Positions 26,349-40,699 of a DNA stretch of 64,000 bases are shown piece after piece. The number at the start of each line of letters is the position of its first letter. The first letter of the stretch is position 1. Source of the DNA: Chiloscyllium plagiosum. Lineage: Eukaryota. Both the position numbers and the translations under genes were made by a program. The notes under the pieces were generated by a model. The model searched no databases. It saw only the letters and a program-made list of their open reading frames with translations, and had not been told where the DNA came from. Location of the stretch: positions 107,033,474 through 107,097,473 of the forward strand of contig NC_057717.1 of the NCBI RefSeq assembly GCF_004010195.1. The letters run 5' to 3'.

Positions 26349-29300
26349 CTCACTTTTCGTTAACTCAAAAAAGCTTGGTTAAATTGACTCCTTTTGAAAC
26401 CTAACAGTTTATTTAGTTCTAGGAGGAAGATATGCAAAAGGGAAGGGTTTTAAATTAACCTTGTTGAGGTCAAGAAGGTGGGGGGAATAAAGTTCCAGAT
26501 GAGGAAGAATGAAGTTAACTATTTAGGGTATCCTGTCTGGAACAAAATTGGGGAACGTCCCCAGGATCTCGGATGTAACAAGTACCACATGGTACATCCA
26601 CTCACTGAATTACGGGGGGAGAATATATAGACATATTAGAAATCATAATGTGAGCTTTAAATTACAGATTGGGTCTACATTTGGAAAACAATCCCTTCCT
26701 CCAATGTGTTGAAGGGGAAGCATGCAAGATGGAATGGGGAAAGACAGTGATCACTCCCAAACCGAAAGTTCTTGTGGTGCAGTGGTAGTGTCTCTACCTC
26801 TGTATCAGGAGGTTCCCCCCTGCTCCAGAGGTAGGTAATAACATACTTGAAGAGGTTGATTTAAAAAGAAATCATTCTCAGATGGCGATTATGCTGTTTT
26901 CCCCTGAGTTTGAGAATGGTCTAATTGAGTTGTTAAGATGATTAAAGAGGTTAGTAAAGTAAAATATTTCCAGTAGGTTGAGAGAAATTATTCCCATTAT
27001 TAGGAGGTGTTCATAACCTTAAAATTAGAGCTAGGTTGCTGAGGGCTGATGTCAGGCATCACTTCTTCACATTACGGGTAAGGAAAATCGTGAACTCTCC
27101 TCAAACAGGCTGAGGATGCTGGGAATCGTTTGCAAATTTCAAAACTGAGATTTATACCACTCTGACCAGAAAACTAAAACCAAGAGATGTGGGATCAAAG
27201 CAGGTAAATTATGTTAAGATACAGATTAGCCACAATCTAATTGAATTAGGGTGGAGGGGTTACATGGCCTTTCCCCTTGCGGGTTTCTGGAATGCTCAGC
27301 GTCAAATGTAATTGCTGAAATTCCCCTGACACTTCCACACTGCATTTGTGTGGCCAGCAATGTTGAGTTCTGCATTTGTAATCCGATGTTGAAATGGTGC
27401 CCGAGCAGACTGCACGAAGCCCTGCAATATGTGACACGGGTCAACCGTGTTGTTGTAATCCTCTCCATGCTTTGTACTATCAACTCAAACCTTTCGAAGA
27501 AATATTAAATATGCAGGCATAAGTGATGAGATAATTATCTTGGAAATAAAAAGAAAATGCTAATTCAAAGACTAATTAGTGGAAGCCAGGAAATCAGTTA
27601 GCATGCACCATTTCAATTCATTCACTGAATTCATTCATTGCTGGTAGGGTTTCATGATTAGAAAATGAATTTTTTATAAAAATATATAAATGTTTCAATT
27701 ATTAATCTTTGAAACTCCCAACACCTTGATCATCCTGAGCAATATTTTCCCCCAGTCGCTGTTCCTTATTCTCGTATTGTCCTTTATAATCCTTCAGGAC
27801 CTGCACTTAGAGAGAATGAGTCACTGTATTAGTCACACACAGCACCAGTTAAAAAGCGTCAAGGGAGGAAGGAGTCTATATATTCTGCAATAAACACAGA
27901 ACCCAGGGCTGGTCCTCATCAGGTAAGCTTGAGTCGGGCAGGCTGTTTTTAGGAAGCATCATTTAAATAATCACTGGGAGTTGGGTAGGAATTGTACTTT
28001 TAGATGGTTCTGCTTCATGCATTTGAAATCATCCAGTCTCTGCACCATACACAGTCAGGGACTGAATGGCTAGTGAGAAATTAGGACATTTCCCAAACAT
28101 CTGTGTGAATTCTTCTCTAATGCTTTATTATCATAGCCTTACTTTTCACAGAAACCTCCTTAAGTGAAATATGGGTAAAGAAAGCTGATGACAACTATCC
28201 CTCCCTCACTCAATGAATTACTACTTCCCCATGTTGGATGTCCCTCAGGAAAAGCCATGAAGGTGAAAGTAAAGGCAGGGAATAACTTGGTGTGACAGAC
28301 CTCCATGTCCATCACCATCTAAAGCTCAGCAGTATCAATACAGTCTGTTCTAGTCAAGTCCTCGAGAACAAATTTGCCTGCCTGGGCCTGCAGATGGTGG
28401 TGACACACAAACAAGAGTAGACAATCAATTACTTCAGCTCATCTTCACTGACTTCTCTGTCACTGACGCAATGGTCCTTGACAGTATTGGTAGTATTGAC
28501 TCCACAGGTCTTGTGGAGGCAAAGTCCCATTTTCACATAGATGTACCCTCCATCGTATTGTGTGGTACCACCACTGTGCTAAATGGAATAAATTTCAGAC
28601 AGACGTAGCAACTCAAAATTGGATATCCATGAAGCAATGTAAGTCATCTACAGTCAGAAAAATAGTATTCAGCCACAGTGTGCAATCTCATGCTCACTCT
28701 ATCATTACCATCAAGCCCGGGAATCAACTCTAGTTTAAATGAAGAGAGCAGAAGGGTGTGCCAGGAGCAGCACCAGGCATATCTAAAGATGGTGAAGCTA
28801 TAACATTGGATTGGGCACTTGCCAAATGGCAGAAGCAGTGACTGAAAGACAGAGCTAAGCAATCCCAGAACTAAAGGATACAACTCAAGCTTTGTGATGC
28901 AGCTACATTTAGTTGTGAATGGTGATGAGCAATTAAACAACTAACAAAGGACAAAGCTCGACATTAGCTTATGTAATGAAGGCAGAGCCTATATGTCAGT
29001 GCAAAACACAGAGCTGAAGTATTTGCAACCACTACAGTGCAGAGCAGATTATCCTTTTCAGGCTGCCACTCAGGTCTCCCGAATCGCAGATACCCATGCT
29101 CTGCCAATGCAATGCACTCCACGTGATATCACTAGCATCTACCCAACAATGTGGAAAATTAAACAGGTTACATGAATCTGCTTCCTTTATTAGGTCATTC
29201 AGGTTACATTTTTAGAAGATGCTATTGAAGGAGCCTTGGTGATAGCTGGAATGCATCTAGTAGACTTTTCAAGCTGCTCCAACTGACAATGCTGTGCAAG

Positions 29301-31379
29301 TTGGTAAATATATTAATAATGAAGCGGGCTGCTTTGTTGTGATTGCTATCGAGTTTCTTGAGGGTAGTTGGAGCTGCACTCAACCAGGCTACTGGTGATA
29401 TTCCATCACACTCCTGACTTGTGTCTTTTAGATGCTGGACAGGCTTTGGGGAGTCAGGAGGTGAGTTACTCATTGCACTATTCCTAGTATCTGATCTGCT
29501 CTTGTAGTCACTATATTTATAAGGTGAGTCCAGTTACATTTCTGAACAATGGTAACTCCCAGGATGTGGGTGGTGTGGCATTCAGTGATGGTAATGCAAT
29601 TAATCATCAAGACAGAATGATTATCTTCAGTTGGAGGTGGTCACTGCCACTTATGTGCTGCTTGCCTGATTGATGCCAAGTCTTATTGCATGCAGGAATG
29701 AACTGATTCGTTACTGAACATTGTGCAATCAACTATGAGCTTTCATTTCTCTACTGTCATGCAATATAAATGTTTTCTTAGCCTTGAATTTATATTCCTG
29801 CAAAATATCCTGATGTATGCAAGACAAAACATTATGACAAAATGTGTCTTTCTTCCTCAATACTCAAGTTCTGTTCTACCAAATGACTAGAGATTTAAGA
29901 GAATGGTTCCACTGATGAGAAACATCAATTATAAAGATGGATTGGGGATGTTGCCACTGTTTTCCTTGCAGACGAGAAGACTACAGAGATTTGAAAGCAT
30001 CTTTCAAAATCATGAGGAACTGGACAGAATAGTTTGATAGAAACTGCTTGCTCTCATAAAAGGATTAAGAACAAGAGGGCACAGATATTAGGCAATTTTT
30101 GAAAAAAAAACAAATAATATGTGAGAAAAAATTCTTTTTGTGGTTCAGGTCTGGAATGCACTGCCTGGTAGTGTGGTGGAGGCAAGCTCTTTTAAAGCAT
30201 TCAAGAGAGCTAGTGTATACACATTGGGCTGAACGTCCTCCTCCTACACCAGATCAATTCTATGATTCTGTGCTATCAAATGGCACTTGTTTCACAATAA
30301 AATGCTCATTGAAGTTTAGTTTAATTTCCACTGGGGCTACCTGATCCAGACCTCATTACAATGACAAAAAGCTAAATTCAAGACAAGTGTTGGAAGTGAC
30401 TGCTCTTGGCTGCATTTTATTAAGGAATTTAAGGAAATTAAAGTCAACCGGAATCTCTTCTGGTTAAAGTCACATCTAACACAAAAGAAGACAGTCATGG
30501 TTGTTGGAGGTCAGTTATCTCAATCCCAGGCCATCACTGCAGCAATTTCTCACGATATGGTTTTTGTCTTGACCATCTCCACTATGTAACTATGCTTCAT
30601 CAATGATTGTCTTTACTAAGGCAAGTGCTTCCCAGGCCATGGTGACAAAGGAGGTAATTCTGTCACTAGAAGGGTTTAAAATGATTAAGAAAGCAAGTTG
30701 GATCGACTGGGGTACTTAAAATTGCTAAGGAACTGCAACCAGATATGATGCAAGGAAAATCGAAGAAGTGACAGTTGAAATTGCAGAGGCATTTGGGATA
30801 ACATTTCAATCTTCCCTGGACTCAGAAGTGATGTCTGAGCACTGAAGAATTGCAAATGTAACACAAGGGTTTAACAAGGGGCAGAAGGATCAGCCCTGTA
30901 ATTACATTCAATCGGTTTAACTTTAGTTTGTTTGAAAATTCAACCAGCTCTGTTGTTGTCCCACTGATGTTGGCTCTCCAACAGTTAATTGTTCTTACTC
31001 TGGTTTGTCCTATGTACTTTTCCACTGAGATCTATTATCCCATTATACAATGATCACTGTACCCTCAAAGTTCTCCTTTTAACACTTGCTTCAATTGGCC
31101 CATTTTCAAGAACACATTGAGCAGTGCCTCTTTTCTTATTGGTCTGGACACTTACAGCTGGAGAATGTTCTGAACACAATCTAGGAACCCCTGCTGCACC
31201 CTCCTTTTACGTTATCACCATCCCAGTCTATATTCAGGTAATTAAAATCTTCCATCATAAGTATAATATTAGTTAAATACTCTGTAATGACTACAAATCT
31301 CTGCAACTTCCTTGCAGAGTTGTTCCTCTAAATTCTTCCCACTAGCTGATGGACCAGACTAGCCCAAGCAATGTAATTG

Positions 31380-31975
31380 CCTCTTTTTTGTTCCTTGTTT
31401 CTAACAAAGTGACGACATCCTTGAAACTTCCGAGACATCCTTCTCCCACAGCAATACTTGAACTCCTTAAACACTACTGCCACCCCTCCTTTTATCTTCC
31501 CCTATTTTTCTGAACATCATGTAACCAAGAATATTTAACACCCAGTCCTGCCCTTCCTTGAGCCATGTGTGTTATAGACACAATGTCAAAATCCCACAGG
31601 GCAATCTGCAGTTGATAACTCAGTCATTTTATTGACTGTACTCCATGCATTCACATATTTAGTGTAACCCTGCTTTAATTTCTATTTCTTTCCTCCTTTC
31701 TGTAATTCTGCCTATTCACTGATTATTCTTGATACAAATGCTGTCTGACTCTCCCAGGGTTTTGTAGACCTTGGTGTTGCTCTTTAATACACTCTCCTGG
31801 TTCCTACGCCACAATGGAGTTAGTTTAACGCCCACTAACAGCACTAACAAAAAATGGCTCACAAGGAACTTGGTCCCAGCTCTACTCAGATGTAAACTGT
31901 TCAGTGAGTCAGTTTCAGTATCTCTAGAATCTAACACCTTCCCTATTGTATCATCTTTCCAACCACACATTCATC
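31380..31975 (-). mobile_element. Decayed CR1 ORF1/endonuclease region
   Basis: LHLSRAGT-like ORF1 esterase motif and endonuclease-like nucleotide remnants. Confidence 0.5.
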
Positions 31976-32859
31976 TGTCTTTGTTCTCCTTTACATGTGA
32001 CAGGACAGTGACTCAAGACAGTCTTGAGACCGGCATTGTCTTGGTGCGCTAGAGCAGTCTCTTCAGGAAGCAATCTGGCAAAAACACCATCAACGCTGCA
32101 GAGAAAGTCAGAAATAAGGTCACTTCGGGGGAGCAGTGTGACACTACCCCATGTGTTTCAAGTCACATACTCTTCTCCTCAGCACAGTGACACAGGATGT
32201 CAATGTCTTCCTGCTGAGTTCCTCAACCAAATAATCCAAGGAATCAAATTATTTGCTTGTTTTGTTACAAAGGTCACATCATCAAGTCACATCTATAGCC
32301 TTTACTTATGCTGTCACATTTTGCTGAGGGAATGCTCGCTTGTCCCTCAGTGCTTATTCAGACCTCTGTCTCTTGTGCTGACATTCATTTCTTTAGGTAT
32401 CTGTCAGAAGCTGTCCCTTTGGATCTTTCTCAGCATTTCAAACTAAAGTCTTCATCAAACCTGCAGGTTTCAATATGCTTACACTTCCAGTAGAGGTATT
32501 TATAAGGGATTAATTAGTGAAGGCTCCACAGGATAGTTCAGCTGTTTGAAACCTAGCTGATGCACACAATTTTTCCCTTTTACATCTTGGGACACAGACA
32601 GAGCAGCAAAGCCAGGTCGGAAACATCATAGGTTTCCTGATCACACACACATTAGAAAATCATCAATCTTGGGCCAAGGTCAATCTTGATGCTGAAAGAT
32701 GAAGCTAATTGATTATGGGAGGATATAACAGCAGGGTCAATTCTATTGCAACAAGGAAAGGAAACAGTGGATAGTGACCACATGCAACCTTTTCCCTCCT
32801 GAGATTATTTGGGACTTCAGGATGATGTGTTTCCTCCCTGGGGCAAGGTCAGGTTTTTT

Positions 32860-33888
32860 TTTAGATTCCCTACAGCATGGAAGCAGGCCCTTCGGCCCAA
32901 CAAGGTAAAAACAATGACTGCAGATGCTGGAAATCAGATTCTGGATCAGTGGTGCTGGAAGAGCACAGCAGTTCAGGCAACATCCAAGGAGCAGCAAAAT
33001 CGACATTTCGGGCAAAAGCCCTTCATCAGGAATAAAGGCAGTGAGCCTGATGCGTGGAGAGATAAGCTAGAGGAGGGTGGGGGTAGGGAGAAAGTAGCAT
33101 AGAGTACAATGGGTGAGTGTGGGAGAGGATGAAGGTGATAGGTCAGGGAGGAGAGGGTGGAGTGGATAGGTGGAAAAGGAGATAGGCAGGTAGGACAAGT
33201 CATGAGGACAGTGCTGAGCTGGAAGTTTGGAACTAGGGTGAGGTGGGGGAAGGGGAAATGAGGAAAGTGTTGAAATCCACATTGATGCCCTGGGGTTGAA
33301 GTGTTCCGAGGCGGAAGATGAGGCGTTCTTCCTCCAGGGGTCTGGTGGTGAGGGAGCAGCAGTGAAGGAGGCCCAGGACCTCCATGTCCTCGGCAGAGTG
33401 GGAGGGGGAGTTGAAATGTTGGGCCAGTGTGGGCGCAACTTTTGCAGATCCTGTGGGTGCAGGGGAAGGTGCCAGGATGGGAGGGTGGGTTGTAGGGGGG
33501 CGTGGACTTGACCAGGTAGTCACGGAGGGAACGGTCTTTGCGGAAGGTGGAAAGGGGTGGGGAGGGAAATATATCCCTGGTGGTGGGGTCTGTTTGGAGG
33601 CGGAAATGTCGGCGGATGATTTGGTTTATGCGAAGGTTGGTGGGCCTAACAAGTCCACACCGACCCTCTGAAGAGTAACCCACCCAGACCTATTCCCCTC
33701 TGACTAATGCACTAACACTATAGGCAATTTAGCATGGCCAATTCACCTGGCCTGCACCTCCTTGGACTGTGGGAGGAAACACTCGCAGACACGGGGAGAA
33801 CTTGCAAACTCCACACAGACAGTCATCTGAGGCTGGGTCTCTAGCGCTGTGAGGCAGCAGTGCTAACCACTGAACCACCGTGCCGTCC
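32860..33888 (-). mobile_element. HE1 V-SINE split by a PLE fragment (32905-33642, minus; GIY-YIG C-terminus plus pLTR)
   Basis: SINE tail 32860-32904 and body 33643-33888; imperfect TSD GGCC(C/T)AACAAG; the insert matches 60970-61860. Confidence 0.85.
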
Positions 33889-33899
33889 ATTGTCACTGA

Positions 33900-34320
33900 A
33901 CCTTAGCTGTCATACAGGGTGGAGGGTGAACAGTCAGAGGTCATGGTTCATCAGGTAGCAATGACATTGGTAGAAAGAGGGATAAAGTCCTGCAACAAGA
34001 ACATAGGGAGCTAGGTAGCAGATTGAAAAGCAGGAGCTCAAAGGATGTAATTTCTGGATTATTCCTGGTGTCATTTGGTAGTGAGTTTGCAGTAGGTGGA
34101 CAGAGCAGATTAATGCACGGCTGAAGGGTTTGAACCAGGAGGAGGGTATCTAAATTCCTGCATCACTGGATTTGTTTCTGAGGAAGCTGGGGCCTGTACA
34201 AGTCTGATGGGATGCATCTGAACCACAACTTGATCAAAATCCTTGTGGGAGGGGAGGTTTGCTAATAAAGTTGATAGGGGTTTAAACTAATTTGACAGGG
34301 TAATGGGATATCAAGTGAAG
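33900..34320 (+). mobile_element. CR1 ORF1 (SGNH esterase-like) remnant; similar remnant ~41890-42325
   Basis: ISGLL..., QMNAWL..W, FWGR.DLY and LHLN motifs typical of CR1 ORF1. Confidence 0.65.
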
Positions 34321-36824
34321 GTACAGTACGGAGTGGAGGTACAGTAGTGATTGATCCACAGACAGAAGTAAAACAAAAGCCATGTCAACTGCCTTAAATC
34401 GTGCATGTGCATTCAAATGGCTTCGGGAGAACATGGTCCTGGACCCAGGACAGTGGGGATGGGGGAAGGATCTGGAGTAGGATATCCAGAGGAGGAGGAA
34501 GAGAGCCGGTTGAGTGTGTGTGAGGGAGAGAGATCCAGAGGCAGCGGTAGCAGTGTAGAGTTCAAGGTGGGGGAGAGGGGAGAGGGAATGGGGAGGGGGG
34601 GGTGGGTGGTTACAGACCGGAGTGGAGTGAGAGACTGAGAGAGAGGAGAGAGAACGGGATGGGGGTTAGAGATTTGGAGGTGGGGGCAGGACGGGGAGAT
34701 TAGGTTGGGGGACCAGGGAGAGAGAGCCAGATGGGAGGAGGAGCATGGGAAACAGCAGAGAGATGGGGAGAGGGCTAGGCACAGGATCACTGCTGATTTG
34801 CATATGATGACACAGATAATGATGTAGTGTTTGGAAATGTGGACATTCATAAGGAGGTTTTAAATGATTATTTGAAGTGCCATAGCATGTGAGTCTACAA
34901 GCCAAATGCTGGAAAGGGGGACCAGAGAAGATTGGGTCTCAGTGACCAGTGTAGACAAATGGGCTGAAGACTTTTATGCTATGGCACTTCAAATGACTAT
35001 CTGAATAGTTCTTAAAGATTGTGATGGTTCCTTCCTGTACCACCCTTTCAGGCAGTGAGTTCGAGACAGCGCCAACCACCTGGATGAAAACATTGCTTTT
35101 TAAATCACCTCGAAACATCCTGCCATTTACCTCAAACCCATGTTTCCTGGTTATTGACTCCGCTAAACAGGGAAACGTTTCTGCCTACCTACCCTGTCTA
35201 TCCCTCTAAGATTGTACTCTTTAATCAAATTCCACTCCTAACCCAAGCCTTCTCTGCTCTCAGGAAAACAACCCCAACCTATCTCGTCTCTCTCCAGAGA
35301 TGAATCACTCCAGCCCAGGCAACACTCTGGTGAATCTCCTTAGCACCCTCTTTCTGTGCTGTAAAACACTAATACTCTAATGCTAATGTAGCAATGGACT
35401 GCATTGTTCATGCCCAACCTCCAGGATATCTAGGCTGATACTTCAATGCCATATTATTGGAGTTCTTTACTGCTGGAGGATAGCAATATCGGACTGCTCT
35501 CTGTTTTCAGGTGCAGCATTACAAGAGGCCTTGTTTGCTTCCTCAGATGGATTGCAGGGTATTATCTGAAGATAAGCAGGGTATTGACTCTGGCCAATTT
35601 TTTATCTCTCAGTGAACATTGTTAAAAACAGATAATCTGAATATATATCTCAGTTCTGTTGCTGGAAACTTGCAGTGCTCAACCAGCTGTTGTGGTTCCT
35701 CCATTACAACAGTGATCATACTTCAAAAGCAGTTCACTGGAGCTGAAATATTAAAGGATCTTTTGAAGCTTGTTATAAAGTTCCCACAGTTTTGAAGAAA
35801 ACACACACACATACATACAAGAATCTAATGATTCCAGTAGGGTGTACCTCATTTACAAACTGTTTTATGTTCACATTTTTTGACAGTTCAAAGTTTTAGA
35901 TTATCTGGATTCTGATAGGTAACTCTGAAAGTTTAGAGAATAGCACTAGCAGTGATGAGACTGGAGCTCTCCACACTGCAATGAGAAACATAGAAAATGG
36001 AAGAGTGCAGATTTTAGACTGAACACTGAGGGTCACAGTACACCAGAGAGAAAAGTGGGGCTTAGTGAGTTTAAGGTTAAATTCAGAGGGTTAAATGATG
36101 TAAAGAATACAATAGTTGTGAAGTTCTAGAACACAATAAGTCAGAGTGCTAACAGGGCATGACCTTGATTTCAGGTCAGTGAGCAATATTTCCTTTCATG
36201 GACAACAAAGACAGAAATGGCTAGAAAAGCTCAGCAAGTCTGACAGCATCTGTGAAGAGAAATCAGTTCTGAGCAAGGGACACTGGAATTCTGATTTCTC
36301 CAGGCTGCCAGACTTGCTGAGCTTTTCCATAAATTTCTGTTTTTGTTTCTGATTTTCAGCATCTGCAGTTCTTTCATTTTTTTTCCTTTCATAGTCCTGA
36401 ACTACAGATGTACATTATATGGTGGCATACTGAAGATGGTCAGGAGAATTGACTGCATCACAACACAACAAAGATTCTAGTGTGACTTTAATTCTTACCA
36501 ATTCCAAAGGAAAAAATAGCTGCTTTGGACCCTGAAACTCCCATAGGATAATTAATCTTTTAGTGTTATACCTGGGACAAACTACAGATCAGAAATACAC
36601 GAGTGATGGCATCAGTGTCTAACTAATTTGGAACAGTGCCTGGTTTTCATAGCCTTCCTTATGCTGTTGTTCCCCATTTGCAGCATTAGTTTTCCGTTCT
36701 TATTTTTAGGAGGGACTGATTCTCAACCATAACAATTCCATGAGAGCTTTGGGTCTGGCTATTTATAAATGGTCATTCTAATTATTGAAAGAAAATGTCT
36801 GAAACAATTCACCATTGAGAATCG

Positions 36825-37200
36825 ATACCAACACCACACCATACACAGACACAGACACCACACTAACAGACATCACACACAGACAAGACACCACACTGAG
36901 AGACACCACACACAGACACAGACACCACACTGAGAGGCACCATACACAGGCACAGACACCACACTGACAGACACCACACACAGACAAGACACCACGCTGA
37001 AAGGCACCACACAGACACAGACACCACACTGACAGACATCACACACAGACAGAGACACCACACATAGACATCACACACAGACACAGACACCACGCTGAAA
37101 GGCACCACACAGACACAGGGAGGATGTGCAAACCCCACGCCCATGGCTGAAATGAAAACTGGCACTGTGAGGCAGTAGTACTAACCACTGAGCCACCATG
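36825..37200. repeat. CA-rich degenerate minisatellite (cacagacacagacaccacactgagaga) running into an HE1 remnant (37105-37200, minus); second array at 37815-38280
   Basis: Direct repetition; HE1 head gcactgtgaggcagtagtactaaccactgagccaccatg. Confidence 0.8.
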
Positions 37201-38989
37201 CAAGAATAACTCCACATATCAAATCTTAAATACAAAGCATGAGAGGCTATCACTGGTCTCCCAAAAGGCTACGATTTTCATAAAATAGCAGTGTAATGTC
37301 TTTACCTATCGAAGGATAGGGTAGTTAATCCTACATATCGAAACAGAATTCAGAACTTGCCTTATCTCCAAAAGGTGATATCTTTAGGCACCCTAACATT
37401 AAGAAATAAGAGGCATTCTTTATTAAGACACTCAAATGTTTCATGGCTTGTTGTTATACTTAATCTGATTAATAATGTTTTGCTCTTAAAATTAATTTTT
37501 AATTGAAGTGTGGAAATCTGAGCAATGCTCATAATTTCATATAAACTCAGTCAGCCGTGTTAGACAATTACTGACAGCTCAGTGTTAGTCACAGTTTGAA
37601 TCACTGACCTATTTGCCGCAGATTAATCTGCAGTCAAAAGAGACAAATAGTGACATGTAGCCGCCCTCGGGTACACTTGTCTATGCTGTGATTAGGATGA
37701 CACATGGATGGTCAGACTGCCAGTTCAATTCTGTTAATCCTTTTATTCTATTTAATTCTGAAGAGGAGAAGCAGGAGAAAATCTTTCTTTTATCATCAGC
37801 ATTTTGAATGCTTTGCAGACACAGACACCACAATGAGAGATACCAAACACAGACACAGACACACCATGCTGAGAGGCACCACACACAGACACATACACCA
37901 CACTGAGAGACATCACACTGACACAGACACCACACACAGACACCTACACTGCACTGAGAGACACCAGACACAGACACAGGCACCACACTGACACAGACAC
38001 CACACACAGACACCTACACTGCACTGAGAGACACCACACACAGACACAGGCACCACACTGAGAGACACCACACACAGACACCTACACCGCACTGAGAGAC
38101 ACAGACACAGACACCACAGTGACAGGCACCACACATGAACACAGGCACCACACTGAGAGACATCACACACGGACACAAATGCCACACAGAGATTCCACAT
38201 TTGCATACAGAAACACATCTGTTACACACACAGACACCATGTACAGACAAAAACACAGAGAACACACAGACAATATATACACAAAGAAGCCCACATGCAA
38301 ACAACAATCACTGTATTGTGATCCTGATCTGAAATGTTCTTTCCTAGACAGAGGCACTTAGGCCCCAGTCCTTACATACAAATGTATAAAGCACAGGTGG
38401 GAGTGGGCCAACCTGTCTCTGGAGCCTATTCAACAACATCTATCTGATTGTAACCTCAACTCCACATTTTCACTTCCCCTGATAACTTCTGACTGCAACT
38501 ACCTCGGTCATAAAATGCCCCAACCTCCTCTGTTCTCTGGGAAAGAGTTCCACAAACTCAAGTCCCTCTAAGAAAAAGAAATTCTTTTCATATATGTCTT
38601 AAATAGGAGACTCCTTATTTTTAAATCATTCTAGTCTTTCCTACAAGGGGACATATTCTCTCAGCACCCACCCTGTCAAATTCCTTCAGGATCTTATATT
38701 TCAGTAAGATCACTTCTCATCCTTCAAAACTCAGAGAGGTTCAGGCCCAACATGTCGAAACTTTCTTCATGGGATAAGCCCTTCCTTCCAAGAGTCAGTT
38801 GAGTGAACTTTCTCTGAACTGGTTCTGATGAGATTTAATACTTCCTTAGTTAAGGAGACCAAAACGATACACAGTATTCTAGATGTATTCTCACCCATGC
38901 TCTGTACAACTGTAGCACAACAGCTCAGCTTTTACATTCCATTCCATATTAATCTCAGAAAAAGAAGAACTTAATTTCTTGATATGGGT

Positions 38990-40436
38990 TCATGAAATGC
39001 AGGTCATGTTTAACTAATTCACTGGAATTTTATGAAGAAATAACACAAGGTGGACTACAGGGACCCAGTAGATGAGGTGCACCTAGAATTCCAAAAGGCA
39101 ATCAACAAGGTGCCGCACAAAAGGCTGCTGCATAAGATAAAGGTGCATGGCATTACAGGCAATATATTAGCACAGATAGAGGATTGGTTAACTAACAGGA
39201 AGCAAAGAGTGGGGATAAATGAGTGCTTTTCTGGTTGGCAATCAGTGACTAGTGGTGGGACCACAATTCTTTACAATTCATATAGACGATTAGGGGTTGG
39301 AGACAACATGCAGTGTGTCAAAGTTTACAGTTGATACTAAGCTGAGTGGTAGAGCAACGTGTGCAGAGAACTCTGGAAGTTTGCATTGGGATATAGATAG
39401 TTTAAGTGAGTGGGCAAAGATCTGGCAGATGGAGTACAATGTTGATAAATGTGAAGTCATCCAGTTTGGTAGGAATAACGGTAAGAAGGACAATTATTTG
39501 AATGGTAAAAACTACAGTACGTTGCTATGCAGAGGGACCTGTATGTCCTTGTGCATGAATCACAGAAGGTTGGTTTGTAGGTACAACAGGTAATTAGGAA
39601 GGCAAATGGAATTTTGTCCTTCATTGCATTGGATTGATTTTAAAAGCAGGGAGGTTATGTTGCAGCTGTACAGGGTGCTGGTGAGACCACACCTGGAGTA
39701 CTGTGTGCAGTTTTGGTCTCCTTACTTGAGAAAGGATGTACTGGCACCAGAGGGGGTGCAGAGGAGGCTTACTAGGTTGGTTCCAGAGTTGAGAGGGTTG
39801 GTTTATGAGGAGATACTGAATAGACTGGGATTATATTTGTTGGAATTTAGAAGAATGAGGGGGGATCTTATAGAAACATATAAAATTATGAAGGGAATAG
39901 ATAAGATAGAAGTAGGGAGGCTGTTTCCACTGGCAGATGAAACTAGAACTAGGGAGCACAGCCTCAAAACTAGGGGGAACAGATTTAGGATCCTCGAAGT
40001 TGAGGAGGAACTTCTTTACCCAAAAGATTGTGAATCTATGGAATTCCCTGCTACCCCTCAGCTAACTTCTCCCCAGCCCCACCTACCTCCCATTTATCTC
40101 TCCACCCCTGAGGCACCTAGCCTCATTCCTGATGAAGGGCTCTAGGCTGAGACACGATTTTCCTGCTCCTCGGATGCTGCCTGACCTGCTGTGCTTTACC
40201 AGCAACACACTCTCAACTCTAAGGAATTCCCTGCCCAGTGAAGTAGTTGAGGCTTCCTTATTACATATTTTTAAAACTAAGATAGATAATTTTCTGAACA
40301 GTAAAGGAAGTAAGGGTTACAGTGAGAGGGTGGGGTAAGTGGACCTGTGTCCATGAAAAGATCAGCCTGATCTTATTGAATGGTGGAGCAGGCTCGATGA
40401 GCCAAATGACCTACTCCTGCTCCTAGTTCTTATGTT
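38990..40436 (+). mobile_element. CR1 LINE RT and 3' end, interrupted by a PLE pLTR fragment (40052-40222)
   Basis: EFQKAINKVPH, DTKLSG, LVRPHLEYCVQFWSP and RGDLIETYKIM motifs; 12-bp TSD GGAATTCCCTGC (40040-40051, 40223-40234). Confidence 0.92.
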
Positions 40437-40699
40437 CCAGCTGTCCTCTCTTTTTCAATGTCTACACCTCATCCAGTTGTGCTCTCTTATTTAGAAATCA
40501 GGTCTGACAGAAAATCAATTGGTTCTAATAGAGTAAAAGGACTCACTTGAGTTCAATAACAAGAAGTTTATTGACTATAAACACAAAATCGATTGCGCAG
40601 CTGTCTCTATAGTGCTGGCAGAGGATTTTGTTCTTAGGTGGAATTTTATCCAGAGCACACTGTTCCTGATGGTGGGACAGTAAATGAGTATGAGTTGTA

